Source: Candidatus Omnitrophota bacterium (lineage in GTDB: Bacteria > Omnitrophota > Omnitrophia > Omnitrophales > Aquincolibacteriaceae). Taken from it: DNA of 64,000 bases. The DNA lies in NCBI GenBank assembly GCA_043821445.1, contig JBDRCT010000049.1, positions 3,872 through 67,871 on the forward strand, given 5' to 3'. The notes beneath the pieces are model-generated. The model ran no database searches, was not told the DNA's origin, and saw only the letters and a list, made by a program, of their open reading frames with translations. Below, in pieces: positions 50,201-55,555 of this stretch. Position numbers and translations under genes: made by a program. The first letter of the stretch is position 1. Every line of letters starts with the position of its first letter.

Positions 50201-52631
50201 CCAGAAGGCGGCAGCTCCCAATACTCAGAAATTGATCGCGGAGGCGGAAACACTCAAGGATGTTTTTGCCTCTTTGCTTGCCAGGGAACCACGGCTTTTG
50301 AAAGCTCAACCTCAACCGGTGGGAGTCTTGAGGAGCGAAGTAAGGTTCCAGGTGACGCCTGTCCGGGAAGTGCCAGGACAAGAAAAGACGTTCGGAGTGG
50401 CTATTTCCAATGGGAGCGGTAGCCATGCCGGTCATTTTACGGCTGCGATTCCACAAAAGGCGGCTGAAAGGACCTATGAGATCCTTTTTCCGGACGAGGG
50501 GAAGGGTTCGAGCCAGGCACAATTCACGGTGATGGTCGATGACCAGGGGATTTTTAGGAATGTCAGCGACATCCGGGTCGTAACACCGGTGGCTAAAAGC
50601 CTTGCGGTGGCATCTCGTGTAAACCTCGGAGGCAAAAAAACCACCGCGGAGCGTTTCGAAAAAATCAAAGGTTCCATAGAAGACTTCTTAAGATCAAAGA
50701 TCGGACAGCCCTGGGGTCCGGAAATTTTTCGTACGTCTGCGGTGCCGGCTGTTCAAGAACAGGGCGCCTCCGGCGCGGTCACCGCGGCTAACGTGTCTAC
50801 GGTACGGAGTGAAATTCGGGGCGATGAACGCCGGGTCGCGGAGCTCCGGGGTGAAATGGTGGATGAACCTCTTGACGGTAAACCCGAGATCGTGTGGTCT
50901 GAAGAAGTACTCGCCAGATACGGTGGTGTTTCGTCGGCAGTTGCTCAGGGGCTGAAGTACTGGACGCGCGTTCTGTATACTCGCTGGCCGGCGGACGTGG
51001 AACGGGCCAAAACTCTGGGTGATACGCACCGAAGGAACCAAATGACTTATGAGTTGGCGGTCGCCGCGAATCTTCTGAAGAAAATGGCCACCGACTTAAC
51101 AAATGAGCAGATCAGCAAACTCACGGCCCTGGATTTTACGCAAGTGGTCTCAATTCTTGAAACCGCTATTGCAGACGGAGAGGCGCTTCAAAAAGCCGGT
51201 AGAGAATCCCGCCCTGAGGGGAGTTATGAACAGTTAAAAACCCTCAAGGAATCTCCTGACTTGCTCAGGATCGTTTTAAATAAATTGAAAAGCACTTACG
51301 AGATGGAAGCTCAGAAAGGTCGGGATGTGCGTCAGGCCCAAGGACTCATGACATCCGGCGCGGCTCCGGAGACCAGCGGTTCTATGGCAAATCTTGTTCC
51401 GGTCGCGGAAGAGCTTTTGGGGCAGGCAGGCTTGAAATTTAGCGCTGCGGAGGTCGGAAAACTTAGACCGACCCAAATCAGGGAGTTGATCGGATTTCTC
51501 AGGGCCGTTGCGCACAGCCGGGCGATCGGTTCTTCCGAAGGGGCGGCGCAGTTTGGGCCGCTCGAAAATGTTCCCGCGCCGGTTGCAGAGATCCTGGCGG
51601 AACTGCAAAGGATCCAGCAGGCCGGGGTTTCGGAAACACAGACGCCGCCGTCCGTGACTCCGGAGCCGGGCCGTTCTGAACTGAGGCTTTCGAATTTCAA
51701 TGGTGTCATCACACCCGAAGAGATCACGTTGATCGAACATTTTTATTTCAACCTTCTTCCGATGCAACTTCGCGAGTTGATCGAGGCAGCCGGAGGCCGG
51801 AAGGCCGTTCTCGAAGCACTACGGAAAATTTCAGGCATCACCGTGAGCGAGGCGGTCGTGGATATTCCGGACACTGACGTTCTCGATAAATTGTTTGCTC
51901 CCGAGGCGTCTCTTGCGATCCCGGAAGCAGCCGGCAGGGGATTGGCAGTTACAAAGACCGTGACGTCGACGGTCAAAGATCTCGGAGGCAAGGTTTTCCT
52001 CGGGCAGGACATTCTGGCAAAGCTCACCGCAGAGAATCCCCGGGCCCTTTTCTATCTTTTGAAAACCTATGCGGCTTTTACGGAACAAAATGAGCCACCG
52101 GTTCTTTTGACCGTCGGGTCACGGCAAGTCCTCCTCAAGCAGATCGAGAATGCTTTAGTCAACAAGAGTTCCGGCCTTGTGGGACTCGAGATCGTGGAAC
52201 GTAGCGCGTTGCTTCAGGCTCTTAAGCAGGAAAAGATCCTTGATGTGATCGAGCCTGCGCAGGGAACGAGCGAAGCGCAGATCATCAACGAACTTGCGGT
52301 CACGGCCCAGGGCGGGATCGCGTCGCTTCATCTGAGTGCGGACATGCTGCCGGGCTCATTACAGGGTGTTCACTTTGCATTCGGCGCAAAGAACATCGGG
52401 GCCCGCGATCTCATGGTGGCTTCCGTGCTCGCGATCGTTCTCAAATCCGTGGCAGACCTCATTCATAATGTTCCGGACGCAAAGATCAGGGCCGGGCTTC
52501 TCGGTAAATTCGTGGCAGAGAACTTGCCGGGCGTCAACGCTCAGGCACAAGGGAATTCTTTTGTGATCACCCAGATCACGAAGCTTGCCCAAGAATTTGC
52601 AGCCCGGGCCTACATCGCAACACGAGCTTAA
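35223..52631 (+). CDS. giant multidomain secreted/membrane protein (5802 aa), mosaic of nucleotide-kinase-like, sugar-nucleotidyltransferase-like, HEAT-repeat and TM modules separated by RSE[AVMIL]R motifs
   Basis: 17.4 kb frame without stop; GTG start 7 nt after AAGGA RBS; N-terminal signal peptide 'MNHSRLFKTLIALFTVVTFSTTSVIWA'; synonymous variation in repeated motifs argues for protein-level selection. Confidence 0.8.
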   Translation: MNHSRLFKTLIALFTVVTFSTTSVIWAPDSFAVAQAIRVPAPVAPEVPIPYQAKLDPGIQFSIPQELGTLQYFKAGKGPMVVHLQTAHGHYQAQQRIRALLHHLDKQYGIKTLLVEGSAFKLDPSILNFFPKDPKLTQKVNDALTKQALVKGPELYLLDELNGKTSPAPQAFGIENLEAYRENGLSFIDVLKEKKKTEKFLASMNEGIERLSAAYLNDALRNYLKQLEGFEKNQLPLDAWLSLLKKEALKRLKLDLTQPGSQLDWPMLVRVFKVQELSSKFDKDAFMKERTEFLKVLKRFLPSSYAQIEQLLESEQASRQLPAPETGLLFENMVKALPRDFNYEAYPDVCYFVGRLLLQSELKAPELMQEAEKLSSKVADKLAKTQAEKNLVALLKDYRLLQKLFALELTPADYDQILGARKADGGGRLKPSNLVKQLNGAILHPSSGIQRVKDVKFTHIAELNQLFDAAMKFYAGVKERDGLMEQMIEKRLRETGAGKVAVITGGFHSEPFKNYFSSKDYSYALISPRITESDEIGHQAYVENMLNFAQHLQRNASATMRRSDPSSGGQRATRNVSNSALSASEATRELEFLSDPQVLVGDYGINAAAVRIEVRKIVSTVAGRTALLQTIDRSLQPTAKALGPQSPDSVLPSEKSRSEARAEKKPVTISRRLIVLWGTAAAVGGLLAMACRSIAAPSEVKLAVSISSAPNLTPADLTGFPEAPNLFTTIFNPGRATVQILGDDQGRGMHFAFNTGTDGYVGAGLEFFLPGVKDSANLSSLNELRFELHGNVPGGKVKMDVIDADGKKVTVYLTGISTTEGRIWQIPVSILQGVNMVRIRDINFVAEGPQNFSGELHVKYNKPSASRSEMRGEERFTKEQIQSALKDFQPTWLDYAFVETGAKRRIDAANFLGETKDPRVADALINVLKSDKHPGVRVAVAKALGKITDPRVFPALRDVFGKEKNDDVWFTIAGVLWEAEDPWIHTRMAAALADHSPFVRKMAVQFFGANHVASAISMLRNALNDDSEDVRTAAAAALEWITTTSLAEISRSEMREVTKPLAEAVAGRIRYAAALGKPGSGKGTLLQRFVAELNRHLDKNHPYVILSTGDVFRAIAEKVAAKKEGRVPDLQKVGIFESFTVPDSVISAMQEGKIISDEITIDLVNEVLRLDFFKKARGIFFDGFPRSAGQLAALEQGKIGIGDKPLVMDFNFILDIEDQTVYKRAASRVAEEKLAAVREKREPKIRKDDLPERVKTRIEDYESVTSPAVETKRGQPDTLTINANVKPIDGVYEDFLQGLDAWIAMHPPRSEARFTAGEEGIVRRAMKDLEMGWFDSFFEREIATPRRVAAVQSLDAIRASLRVSILRDLLAKEKNGDVWYAMASALWQAGDPWIRQRTVAALGEDSSSIRQMAAQLLGENHETSAFSALTAALNDPDESVREAASEALEWIMTTSPVLAARSEVRAKLQSPFFTLSGERKIGESIRMERMWPEIHEMKILISLHRGKNGKLLLDLWTHTPVIAGKIHTDAVNWELDGPEEEILAVFQRLREPAVQQPLREAIERDLEPGDFYSENERFETKLTPWVEKLLNGEIVSVVTGQSDLSQQPPAEAAARVLAESRSEMRLMPLLALADGSGLAGVISQLRQAWHENALVIVAVGLGLCEIGYWAYRTWQLRKKLSHFPNAVKRVKDAVRRFAEKTEEDERRSSANDLESIYVDGFLTRILWRNIPDSKLLQIEQEIKEGRDPVLQLVPDGNEVLMEWTRQVLELRSSAYFPSGGEDQYVSSEPQGWYGSIEVTAGEQSRSEARGTPKGGDWEAAARARVSEIQRKEQEEEARALAKMEGEREAIRSMTTPQLLALKEREVMAFSAAQIQALTPAQLRVLEGTDQEKWLNARANELLAQQAKIMKKSRSEVRVFGNDRFIPLMRATVLSLAIAGLSGCAPVIAGIKTMPLPQGEELGIPSPLTIEEFQEAINNMFDPDSPTPPDLSLATFREWQRDAKYMEAFTRKYLRALGYQIRSEDWLRGFAIWYAAPDHGDRPYWEYQEEIYERLGEWEANGYIIRFSVPIFPFGRSEVRNTSVQAEQPKHPMFITLEVNKDLQGLDFGDVEKAIASGKMAIAEVSVDWARKIKETYPNDVYTIFITPLSENQIRERMQETGQTRDAVIFEEMSRRQKERALEKPTPEEKQLSRAKGAVIEMARQNEYNAVIVSNELKDLERDDVRWAGDEGAAVVEQFMAAVDAARKAGKKLILYSGPSATGKSPLWNQIQKKHGDQFSRIVLYTTRGLRPGEKDGVDFHFRSVNDLQNLMNEKNGRSEARASEETPADRLISGRKFTVIDVAENPYAIKVISDPDYKSLILYGFSNAARALGDLVVPFFITNKLSVTIDGISQDSTVILQKKVMPASDQFQTYLENNDLPKAIELLKKMVEIDQEIMRRGYILTDFKVENFGITADGNVLLLDPTGVVDGLGRTQPPEDFYHYYNQNNFLFVKSGSYHRFYDDYKNNKHAKELFQAFRDLTGVDFTGILQTTKMNVMIALALSESFDPDNPFSKHVQHARHYLEGLTPFAALSQQLKEPVAMPAIQVEAESSLRGFLGHEQRREFNLQDLSIWNEEKAINIHVPLQETKLVTIESRSEVRDTQTTPSRSAARQTAQIGRTWKDLFKENFNWGIEEGLITAGFSIGLYAGLFGLPFLMPLGLNPAHTALIGTLLGGALYPAVVAVRAKWLQAAKTEDAGGFDVKTFVDTLLEASREARSLFDSEQLDLANNIESIVFPRIRARKLTYAQRAAAKAELNGRLQRVKEEIAQMETSGNLSGNSQSVLNARLREIENSSSDFEAALTFRSEIRQILEALRKEKHVAGVISTFIFGLAGFLFGIYQGISFFSRSNIRPYSTDDVFWMAIFVLLGGELLGVAGGIIGLAVYGVVYAGFSIVRLVVHAFWSVAGSVRRSGYRAGRGLAGEERTTGHAPKRSEVKVTEREFQRALKDLETDWFDTFFIKNATQRRVGAIKVLGESKDPRAVPALTGLLKDAAVRSSAAETLTSIRSSVPALQAEAGFTTEEAGIFRRAIEDLKFQWTDLFLFERETRRRVGAVKSLGAIQNPALILELYSLLVKEEKEKWVKTDEWFAIAGVLLRKGETRILETVFDSLTDDIPVVRKRAADFLGENHVVSAVPALTLALKDSFVKFAAAAAIEKITGTPPFKKKGAFEFFGVNPVVLPRTTFFASGGLGFLFELKLISPFVKPGDPLGKIAGLLLLSLGSIIGSYILISIVQNRIVGLDRLGRPLVKKEKASARSEARNLALSVPAGLLEKASDWLHSPWGIVDWIVGGVLFGMAAAFAFATLLVALYTIASIWTSFQKSAIRSLEEKEGFAAIEFLRGLLQKTRGFSYLIFSDVYNETELAAIAALTHLNDSFLTGFLTSGEGFNRYLRASDEVKAAVDRWSPEAFSAQILRNLSSNDLSPAQLIEKREDLAGLGILRPFLVAAFSHSDPKIQRMGLEILAGYEFFTFGRVPTDHEIFDPVIREALEPFLQKAISQTSDDDLFDKTAMIMIRQGRSGEIVPGALQRMSAGNPDHFPLLVKELATAEYLDATLFHPDLKIRALGLKAIEDTGTVAAQDQYAEKYQEQLIPLLQDPDNDVCSGAAILLTVVGHGKSVLQAAASRNWNELPELVNYFDLHWKEAVELAGPESLPLLKLLIDRRKAWAYADDPIDGVDAAILGKSQAGLKFDRSHIIAKKTEELRELKAAVDRLSARSEVRHLRRLGAPDRDIGDIVETVRESLDGAVTDDESLWAAQQRMGDLPDLLKGPRTERELGIEIGESWKIPNVHYQSRRSEARSEIRERLAPVFRAFGIDESSGKTEIEKTKNQADRWYVEGMTRQHVHPRGTGTDGADDKDGPYAPLHIRNEKGSLSEVSHTGNAVVTAMMEDQELQSVGVYQRAFLDHHPREREYLEAAAKTNLIWNTLDGGIGESLMREAWLLNKGLRSRLKDILSAGDKADPIYQEALAALKDAEESGKTRDILAALRKIEKLGGFDPLQIKMGAKGTDLGRIEQIRDHELFVGDAEARLLFMIDLGRSGQFDRVAFQPLVNDPSKASYITLLKKPCLWDLVEGRPQPRSYWTALLDAGVKVMTMVEQKELPKFEIALGEIVGFPTADAKDARKRQPGGHGQLGVYFVVDFTENAPAKDGRHHIRFFGNGDNRKGNPEAIVAGFAIVERLPIIKITTAATAIDKKGGKEVVRIIQKLVRGVKKIFNVLDQWEEIDAINAGQEKIFYAAGQRHGFGQEGRQLFNTNLFYFNIDMLHSILVEMRRITGDGEFLDGIMPFLFDKSAKAQEIDGKKYVSMDSAIGYVVHKLNTFYTTDPRFESLRQEYGPQLLYYINYGRDIFAPKKKAEDQYLQEGTDYYGPFDETIKNFRDAVPGLTPPGFSLTDPFEKDGSAVDKNGNPIDSKFWTEAQHWLDSLGLSRVRRMTSLKVEGRVTLRNAEYIGDVEIINRYGRKDKSNRAQRVVLSSGQYLEQLKARGFWADDHLVLEDLRITIDEDGRLLTMAISMAHTPEGALRIRDTEEAIKLFDELGARGANVRVGRGFTVERGGELIIDPRDFGPGVDFFVESNVVIASGVTINLQLDGKNHVIIDSGTVFSGPSGLRLDLVLQEGEWLHIGKGALQDVIAGLASEETPRGKTMTLFLHYRELVKADELERAFSIRKIINSLVSYPVGDAGIFRNAQWVKNLIDEFERTPGHHSRSEVRGALGWFENGRVLTYERMIAERKKEIDKLRRSITDAKTPEARRLVPGYEARVRDAQGAITGYQRQLFAAAIPEPEILARLLAVVPPQTLYDIYQAARAVLPFDGAIQPRDMLRFFYGVPSQGQGPTMQNYVSAIGNFLMERQEALVPASADARSLEMPQIPREPFIRFYPLQLVALIQMARGFSRETLLEMLRVQTVPAAEQESSQVGTVNGAKTELFARPANDQVLFLAVFLKNLLAAVDQKAAAPNTQKLIAEAETLKDVFASLLAREPRLLKAQPQPVGVLRSEVRFQVTPVREVPGQEKTFGVAISNGSGSHAGHFTAAIPQKAAERTYEILFPDEGKGSSQAQFTVMVDDQGIFRNVSDIRVVTPVAKSLAVASRVNLGGKKTTAERFEKIKGSIEDFLRSKIGQPWGPEIFRTSAVPAVQEQGASGAVTAANVSTVRSEIRGDERRVAELRGEMVDEPLDGKPEIVWSEEVLARYGGVSSAVAQGLKYWTRVLYTRWPADVERAKTLGDTHRRNQMTYELAVAANLLKKMATDLTNEQISKLTALDFTQVVSILETAIADGEALQKAGRESRPEGSYEQLKTLKESPDLLRIVLNKLKSTYEMEAQKGRDVRQAQGLMTSGAAPETSGSMANLVPVAEELLGQAGLKFSAAEVGKLRPTQIRELIGFLRAVAHSRAIGSSEGAAQFGPLENVPAPVAEILAELQRIQQAGVSETQTPPSVTPEPGRSELRLSNFNGVITPEEITLIEHFYFNLLPMQLRELIEAAGGRKAVLEALRKISGITVSEAVVDIPDTDVLDKLFAPEASLAIPEAAGRGLAVTKTVTSTVKDLGGKVFLGQDILAKLTAENPRALFYLLKTYAAFTEQNEPPVLLTVGSRQVLLKQIENALVNKSSGLVGLEIVERSALLQALKQEKILDVIEPAQGTSEAQIINELAVTAQGGIASLHLSADMLPGSLQGVHFAFGAKNIGARDLMVASVLAIVLKSVADLIHNVPDAKIRAGLLGKFVAENLPGVNAQAQGNSFVITQITKLAQEFAARAYIATRA
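35440..36850 (+). other. giant ORF module: TraB/GumN/PrgY(TIKI)-like domain (tentative)
   Basis: 'MVVHLQTAHGHYQ...LLVEGS' N-motif and 'VAVITGGFHSEP' C-motif resemble TraB-family GxxH signatures. Confidence 0.3.
36880..36980. repeat. in-frame copy of the REP-like element (CAGCGCAACG...CAACGCGCAACGCGCAACGT..CGTTGAGCG) inside giant ORF
   Basis: matches intergenic copies at 3678/57892/59032/59952; translates as low-complexity 'QRNASATMRRSDPSSGGQRATRNVSNSALSA'. Confidence 0.5.
37206..37820 (+). other. giant ORF module: Tat/Sec-like internal signal ('SRRLIVLWGTAAAVGGLLAMA') + beta-sandwich domain
   Basis: hydrophobic h-region with AxA site directly after RSEAR motif 1. Confidence 0.4.
37850..38372 (+). 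other. giant ORF module: HEAT/PBS-lyase-like repeat block 1
   Basis: 'DPRVADALINVLKSDKHPGVRVAVAKALGKITDPRVFPAL' repeats ending '...ALEWITTTS..SRSEMR'. Confidence 0.6.
38440..39130 (+). other. giant ORF module: adenylate kinase-like domain
   Basis: 'GKPGSGKGT' P-loop, 'ILSTGDVFRA', 'FFDGFPRSAGQ' (DGFPRT motif) and LID region. Confidence 0.65.
39170..39602 (+). other. giant ORF module: HEAT repeat block 2 (paralog of block 1)
   Basis: 'KNGDVWYAMASALWQAGDPWIRQRTVAALGEDSSSIRQMAAQLLGENHETSAFSALTAALNDPDESVREAASEALEWIMTTS' closely parallels block 1. Confidence 0.6.
41004..41051 (+). other. giant ORF: internal Met + lipoprotein signal peptide with lipobox (MRATVLSLAIAGLSGC)
   Basis: n-h-LSGC pattern 10 codons after RSEVR motif 8. 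Confidence 0.5.
41520..42170 (+). other. giant ORF module: circularly permuted guanylate kinase-like domain
   Basis: C-terminal GK half first ('VYTIFITPLSENQIRERMQETGQTRD...EYNAVIVSNELKD') then N-terminal half ('LILYSGPSATGKSPL...VLYTTRGLRPGEKDGVDFHF'). Confidence 0.6.
42250..42800 (+). other. giant ORF module: eukaryotic-like kinase (ELK) fold
   Basis: 'YILTDFKVENFGI' (D-x4-N catalytic loop) and 'LLLDPTG' (DFG-like). Confidence 0.45.
44160..44830 (+). other. giant ORF module: HEAT repeat block 3
   Basis: 'FQRALKDLETDWFDTFF...RRVGAIKVLGESKDPRAVPAL' parallels blocks 1-2. Confidence 0.55.
47000..49300 (+). other. giant ORF module: UDP-glucose pyrophosphorylase (UDPGP family)-like domain with C-terminal left-handed beta-helix
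   Basis: 'NTLDGGIGESL' (LNGGLGTSMG-like) and 'QPGGHGQL' (PGHGD-like) motifs; hexapeptide-like repeats downstream. Confidence 0.45.
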
Positions 52632-52717
52632 GGCCGTTCCGTTTACCCGTGTACACCTCCGAGGTGTTCCTGGGGAACGATCCGGGGCATCATTCCTGCG
52701 CACGACGATGTGTTTGA

Positions 52718-52747
52718 TTGACACCTCTGAACGATTTGCTGTAAAAT
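52718..52747 (+). promoter_or_regulatory. sigma70-like promoter for trpS (TTGACA-N18-TAAAAT)
   Basis: consensus -35 and near-consensus -10, ~40 nt upstream of trpS start. Confidence 0.35.
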
Positions 52748-52784
52748 CCCTCAAATTCAAAGGTTACGGAGATTTGTCCCCACT

Positions 52785-53768
52785 ATGTCAACACGAGTTC
52801 TAAGCGGTACACGGCCCACGGGAAAACTGCATCTCGGGCACCTCCTGGGAACTCTCGAGAACTACAAGAAATTGCAAGGCCAGGATGCTTTCTTCATGAT
52901 CGCGGACCTGCATGCCCTGACCACGGAATATGAAGACAAGACCCGGATCGCGGAGGACGTGACAGAAGTTTTGATCGATTATTTGGCAAGCGGTCTCGAT
53001 CCGGCGCAGTGCACGATGTTCGTTCAAAGCGAAGTGCTGGAGCACGCCAATCTTGCGCTGCTTTTTTCGATGATCACACCGCTGGGCTGGCTGGAACGGA
53101 ACCCGACCTACAAGGACCAGCTTGCGGAACTGAAGGGCAAGGAGCTTCACACGCACGGTTTTTTGGGATATCCGGTGCTTCAGGCCGCGGACATCGCGCT
53201 TTATAAGGCCGAAAAGGTCCCGGTGGGTGAGGATCAGCTGCCGCATCTGGAACTCACCCGCGAGATCATCCGCCGGTTCTTTCATCTTTACAAGAAACAG
53301 GTCTTTCCGGAACCGGAGGCTGTGCTCACGCATGCGCCGAAAGTACCGGGGCTCGACGGCCGGAAGATGAGCAAAAGTTACGGCAACTGTATTTATCTCG
53401 CGGATTCCAAAGAAGAGGTCATCAAAAAAGTGAAGACGATGGTGACCGATCCGGCGCGGAAATTGCGGACCGATAAAGGACATCCGGAAGTTTGCCCGGT
53501 CTTTTTCTATCACAAGCTTTTTAATCAAGATCATGTGGAAACAGTCGCGCGGGAATGCCGGGACGCGGCGCGCGGCTGCGTGGATTGCAAAATGGAAATG
53601 GCCGGAAAACTGAACGGATTTATGGACCCGATACGGGAAAGACGTGAATCATGGATGAAGAAAAAAACGGAAATACGACAGATCCTCGACCGGGGAGCCA
53701 AGAGGGCGCGGGAAGTGGCGAGCCAAACCCTCAAGGAAACCCTGCAGGCGATGGGCCTGGTGTCGTAG
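52785..53768 (+). CDS. trpS: tryptophanyl-tRNA synthetase
   Basis: 'TGKLHLGHLLG' HIGH and 'KMSKS' motifs. Confidence 0.9.
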   Translation: MSTRVLSGTRPTGKLHLGHLLGTLENYKKLQGQDAFFMIADLHALTTEYEDKTRIAEDVTEVLIDYLASGLDPAQCTMFVQSEVLEHANLALLFSMITPLGWLERNPTYKDQLAELKGKELHTHGFLGYPVLQAADIALYKAEKVPVGEDQLPHLELTREIIRRFFHLYKKQVFPEPEAVLTHAPKVPGLDGRKMSKSYGNCIYLADSKEEVIKKVKTMVTDPARKLRTDKGHPEVCPVFFYHKLFNQDHVETVARECRDAARGCVDCKMEMAGKLNGFMDPIRERRESWMKKKTEIRQILDRGAKRAREVASQTLKETLQAMGLVS

Positions 53769-53809
53769 CTTCTCCCGCGACGCCTCTGGCAGAACTCTCC
53801 GGACTCCCG

Positions 53810-54556
53810 ATGATTCCGAAAGAGTCTGATCCTCTCCACGTCAAGATCGCTGTCTATGACGGGCCGCTGGACCTTCTCTTAGACCTTATCCGGAAAAACG
53901 AGATGAACATCTATGACATTCCGGTCGCGGAGATCACGCAGCAGTATCTGGATTATTTGAAGGTGATGAAGCAGTTGGATCTCGAGGTCGCAGGCGAATT
54001 CATCGTGATGGCCGCAACCCTCATCTATATCAAGTCCAAGATGCTGCTCCCCACGGACAAGGATGAGGAGGAAGGCGAAGGCGAAGATCCCCGCGCGGAG
54101 CTCGTGCGCAAACTTCTCGAGTATCAGGCCTTCAAAGAAGCGGCCAAGGAGCTCGGGCTTCTTCAGACCGAACGCGGCAAGGCGTTCACGCGCCAGATCA
54201 CGGATTATTATTTGGGAGAGTTGGATCCCGAAGACGCGGGGGTCGATACTTTTAGTGCCAATTTTTTTGACCTGATCGTCGCGTTCCAGAATGTCCTCTC
54301 GAAAAAAGAACCCAAAAAAGAGCACGAGGTTTTCGAAGAAGTTGTCTCGATCGAGGAAAAGATGATCCAGATCCAGTCCTACCTTGACGAGAAAAAAAAG
54401 GTCTCTTTCAACGATCTTTTTTCGGAGCGCTGGACGCGCAACGAGCTCATTGCCACGTTCCTTGCGGTCCTCGAGCTCGTCAGGACCCGTTTTGCCTGGG
54501 TGCGGCAGGACAAGCAATTCGGCGAGATCGTCATTGAAAAACGGGAAGAGAATTAG
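53810..54556 (+). CDS. scpA: segregation and condensation protein A
   Basis: 'YDGPLDLLLDLIRKNEMNIYDIPVAEITQQYLDYL' ScpA N-terminus. Confidence 0.8.
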   Translation: MIPKESDPLHVKIAVYDGPLDLLLDLIRKNEMNIYDIPVAEITQQYLDYLKVMKQLDLEVAGEFIVMAATLIYIKSKMLLPTDKDEEEGEGEDPRAELVRKLLEYQAFKEAAKELGLLQTERGKAFTRQITDYYLGELDPEDAGVDTFSANFFDLIVAFQNVLSKKEPKKEHEVFEEVVSIEEKMIQIQSYLDEKKKVSFNDLFSERWTRNELIATFLAVLELVRTRFAWVRQDKQFGEIVIEKREEN

Positions 54557-54567
54557 TATAACAACTG

Positions 54568-54640
54568 CCCAAGTGTCAAAGTATCAACGTATCAAAGCGT
54601 CAAAATGCTTTGATGCCTTGACACTCTGGAACTTTGACAC
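54568..54640. promoter_or_regulatory. shared intergenic motif block (AGTGTCAAAGTATCAA, palindrome ATCAAAGC-N8-GCTTTGAT, CCTTGACACTCTGGA, TTGACA x2)
   Basis: same 15-16-mers recur (one inverted) at 56641-56700. Confidence 0.35.
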
Positions 54641-54690
54641 AGATGAATGGATCACACATTTTGTTTTCTTAACGGGAGCTATTATAAATC

Positions 54691-55554
54691 ATGAAACCCA
54701 CTGCGGCACAAGAACGGGAAAAGCAAGCCAGACTCAAGACTTTGCGCAAGGAACTGGATCAGGAGATCCAGGAACAGCTCGAGGAGAAGAATGCCCTCGA
54801 GGATTTGACCGGGGCCCAAAGATTCCAGATCGAATCGTTACGCGAAGAGGACCTCCATGATCCGAAAAAGGCCAGGCAGGTGGTGGAAGCGCTGATCTTC
54901 GCGTCTTCAAAGCCCCTGACACCCGCCGAGATCCGCAAGGTCACGAAAGTCTTGACCGTGGGTCAGATCGAGACGATCGTGGCGGAGCTGAAAGAAGATT
55001 ATCAAAGGAGTGAACGTTGTTTTGAGCTTTTGGAGATCGCGGGCGGGTATGAACTTTCGACCCGGAGGGAATTCGCGCCGTGGATCCTGAAGATCGAGTT
55101 GCAGCGCAAAGCGCGCCAGGCGACACAGTCGGCGCTTGAGACGCTGGCGATCCTGGCTTACAAGCAGCCGCTTACGCGTGCCGAGATCGAAGCCTTGCGG
55201 GGGGTGGACACGAGCGGTGTGTTGAATACGCTTATGGAAAAGAATTTCATCAGGATCACGGGCAAAAAAGAAGTTCCCGGAAGGCCGTTCATGTATGGGA
55301 CCACCGAAAAGTTCCTGGAGCATTTCGGTCTCAAGGAGTTGAGGGACCTTCCGAGCATTGATGAGATCCGCCAGATGGTGGATAGCTCGGTCAAAAAAGA
55401 AGAATTGATCGGAACGAAGAAGATCGTAGACGTGCCGCAAAGCGACACGCCACAGGACGGAACAACACCAGCTTCCGGAATTCCGGAGGACCTGTCCGAG
55501 GACAGGCAAGCAACGGGAGAGGCGACACCCCATGAGAGCGAGGGAAAAATTTAA
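54691..55554 (+). CDS. scpB: segregation and condensation protein B
   Basis: tandem winged-helix ScpB sequence 'EALIFASSKPLTPAEI...LEIAGGYELSTRREFAPWI'. Confidence 0.8.
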   Translation: MKPTAAQEREKQARLKTLRKELDQEIQEQLEEKNALEDLTGAQRFQIESLREEDLHDPKKARQVVEALIFASSKPLTPAEIRKVTKVLTVGQIETIVAELKEDYQRSERCFELLEIAGGYELSTRREFAPWILKIELQRKARQATQSALETLAILAYKQPLTRAEIEALRGVDTSGVLNTLMEKNFIRITGKKEVPGRPFMYGTTEKFLEHFGLKELRDLPSIDEIRQMVDSSVKKEELIGTKKIVDVPQSDTPQDGTTPASGIPEDLSEDRQATGEATPHESEGKI

Positions 55555-55555
55555 C

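Larger units (their letters stand above)
37191..51686 (+). repeat. 21 dispersed in-frame RSE[AVMIL]R pentapeptide motifs (coding), one variant RSEVK
   Basis: R-codon starts at 37191, 37821, 38373, 39147, 39603, 40083, 40635, 40959, 41445, 42171, 43131, 43758, 44142(RSEVK), 45114, 46494, 46731+46743 (tandem RSEARSEIR), 49467, 50331, 50805, 51672. Confidence 0.85.

Noticed and set aside
37191-51686. Periodic short repeats in the giant ORF as a CRISPR-like array or as inteins/introns
   Set aside because: Repeats are 15 nt, synonymous-variant, irregularly spaced (240-2700 nt) and in-frame coding, so not CRISPR. No intein splice-junction or homing-endonuclease motifs flank them.
35223-52631. Giant ORF as an artefact of several adjacent genes
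   Set aside because: Adjacent genes cannot share one frame for 17.4 kb without any stop by chance. Module paralogy and motif conservation indicate a single evolving reading frame. Assembly error is not excluded; it is flagged as a check rather than accepted.
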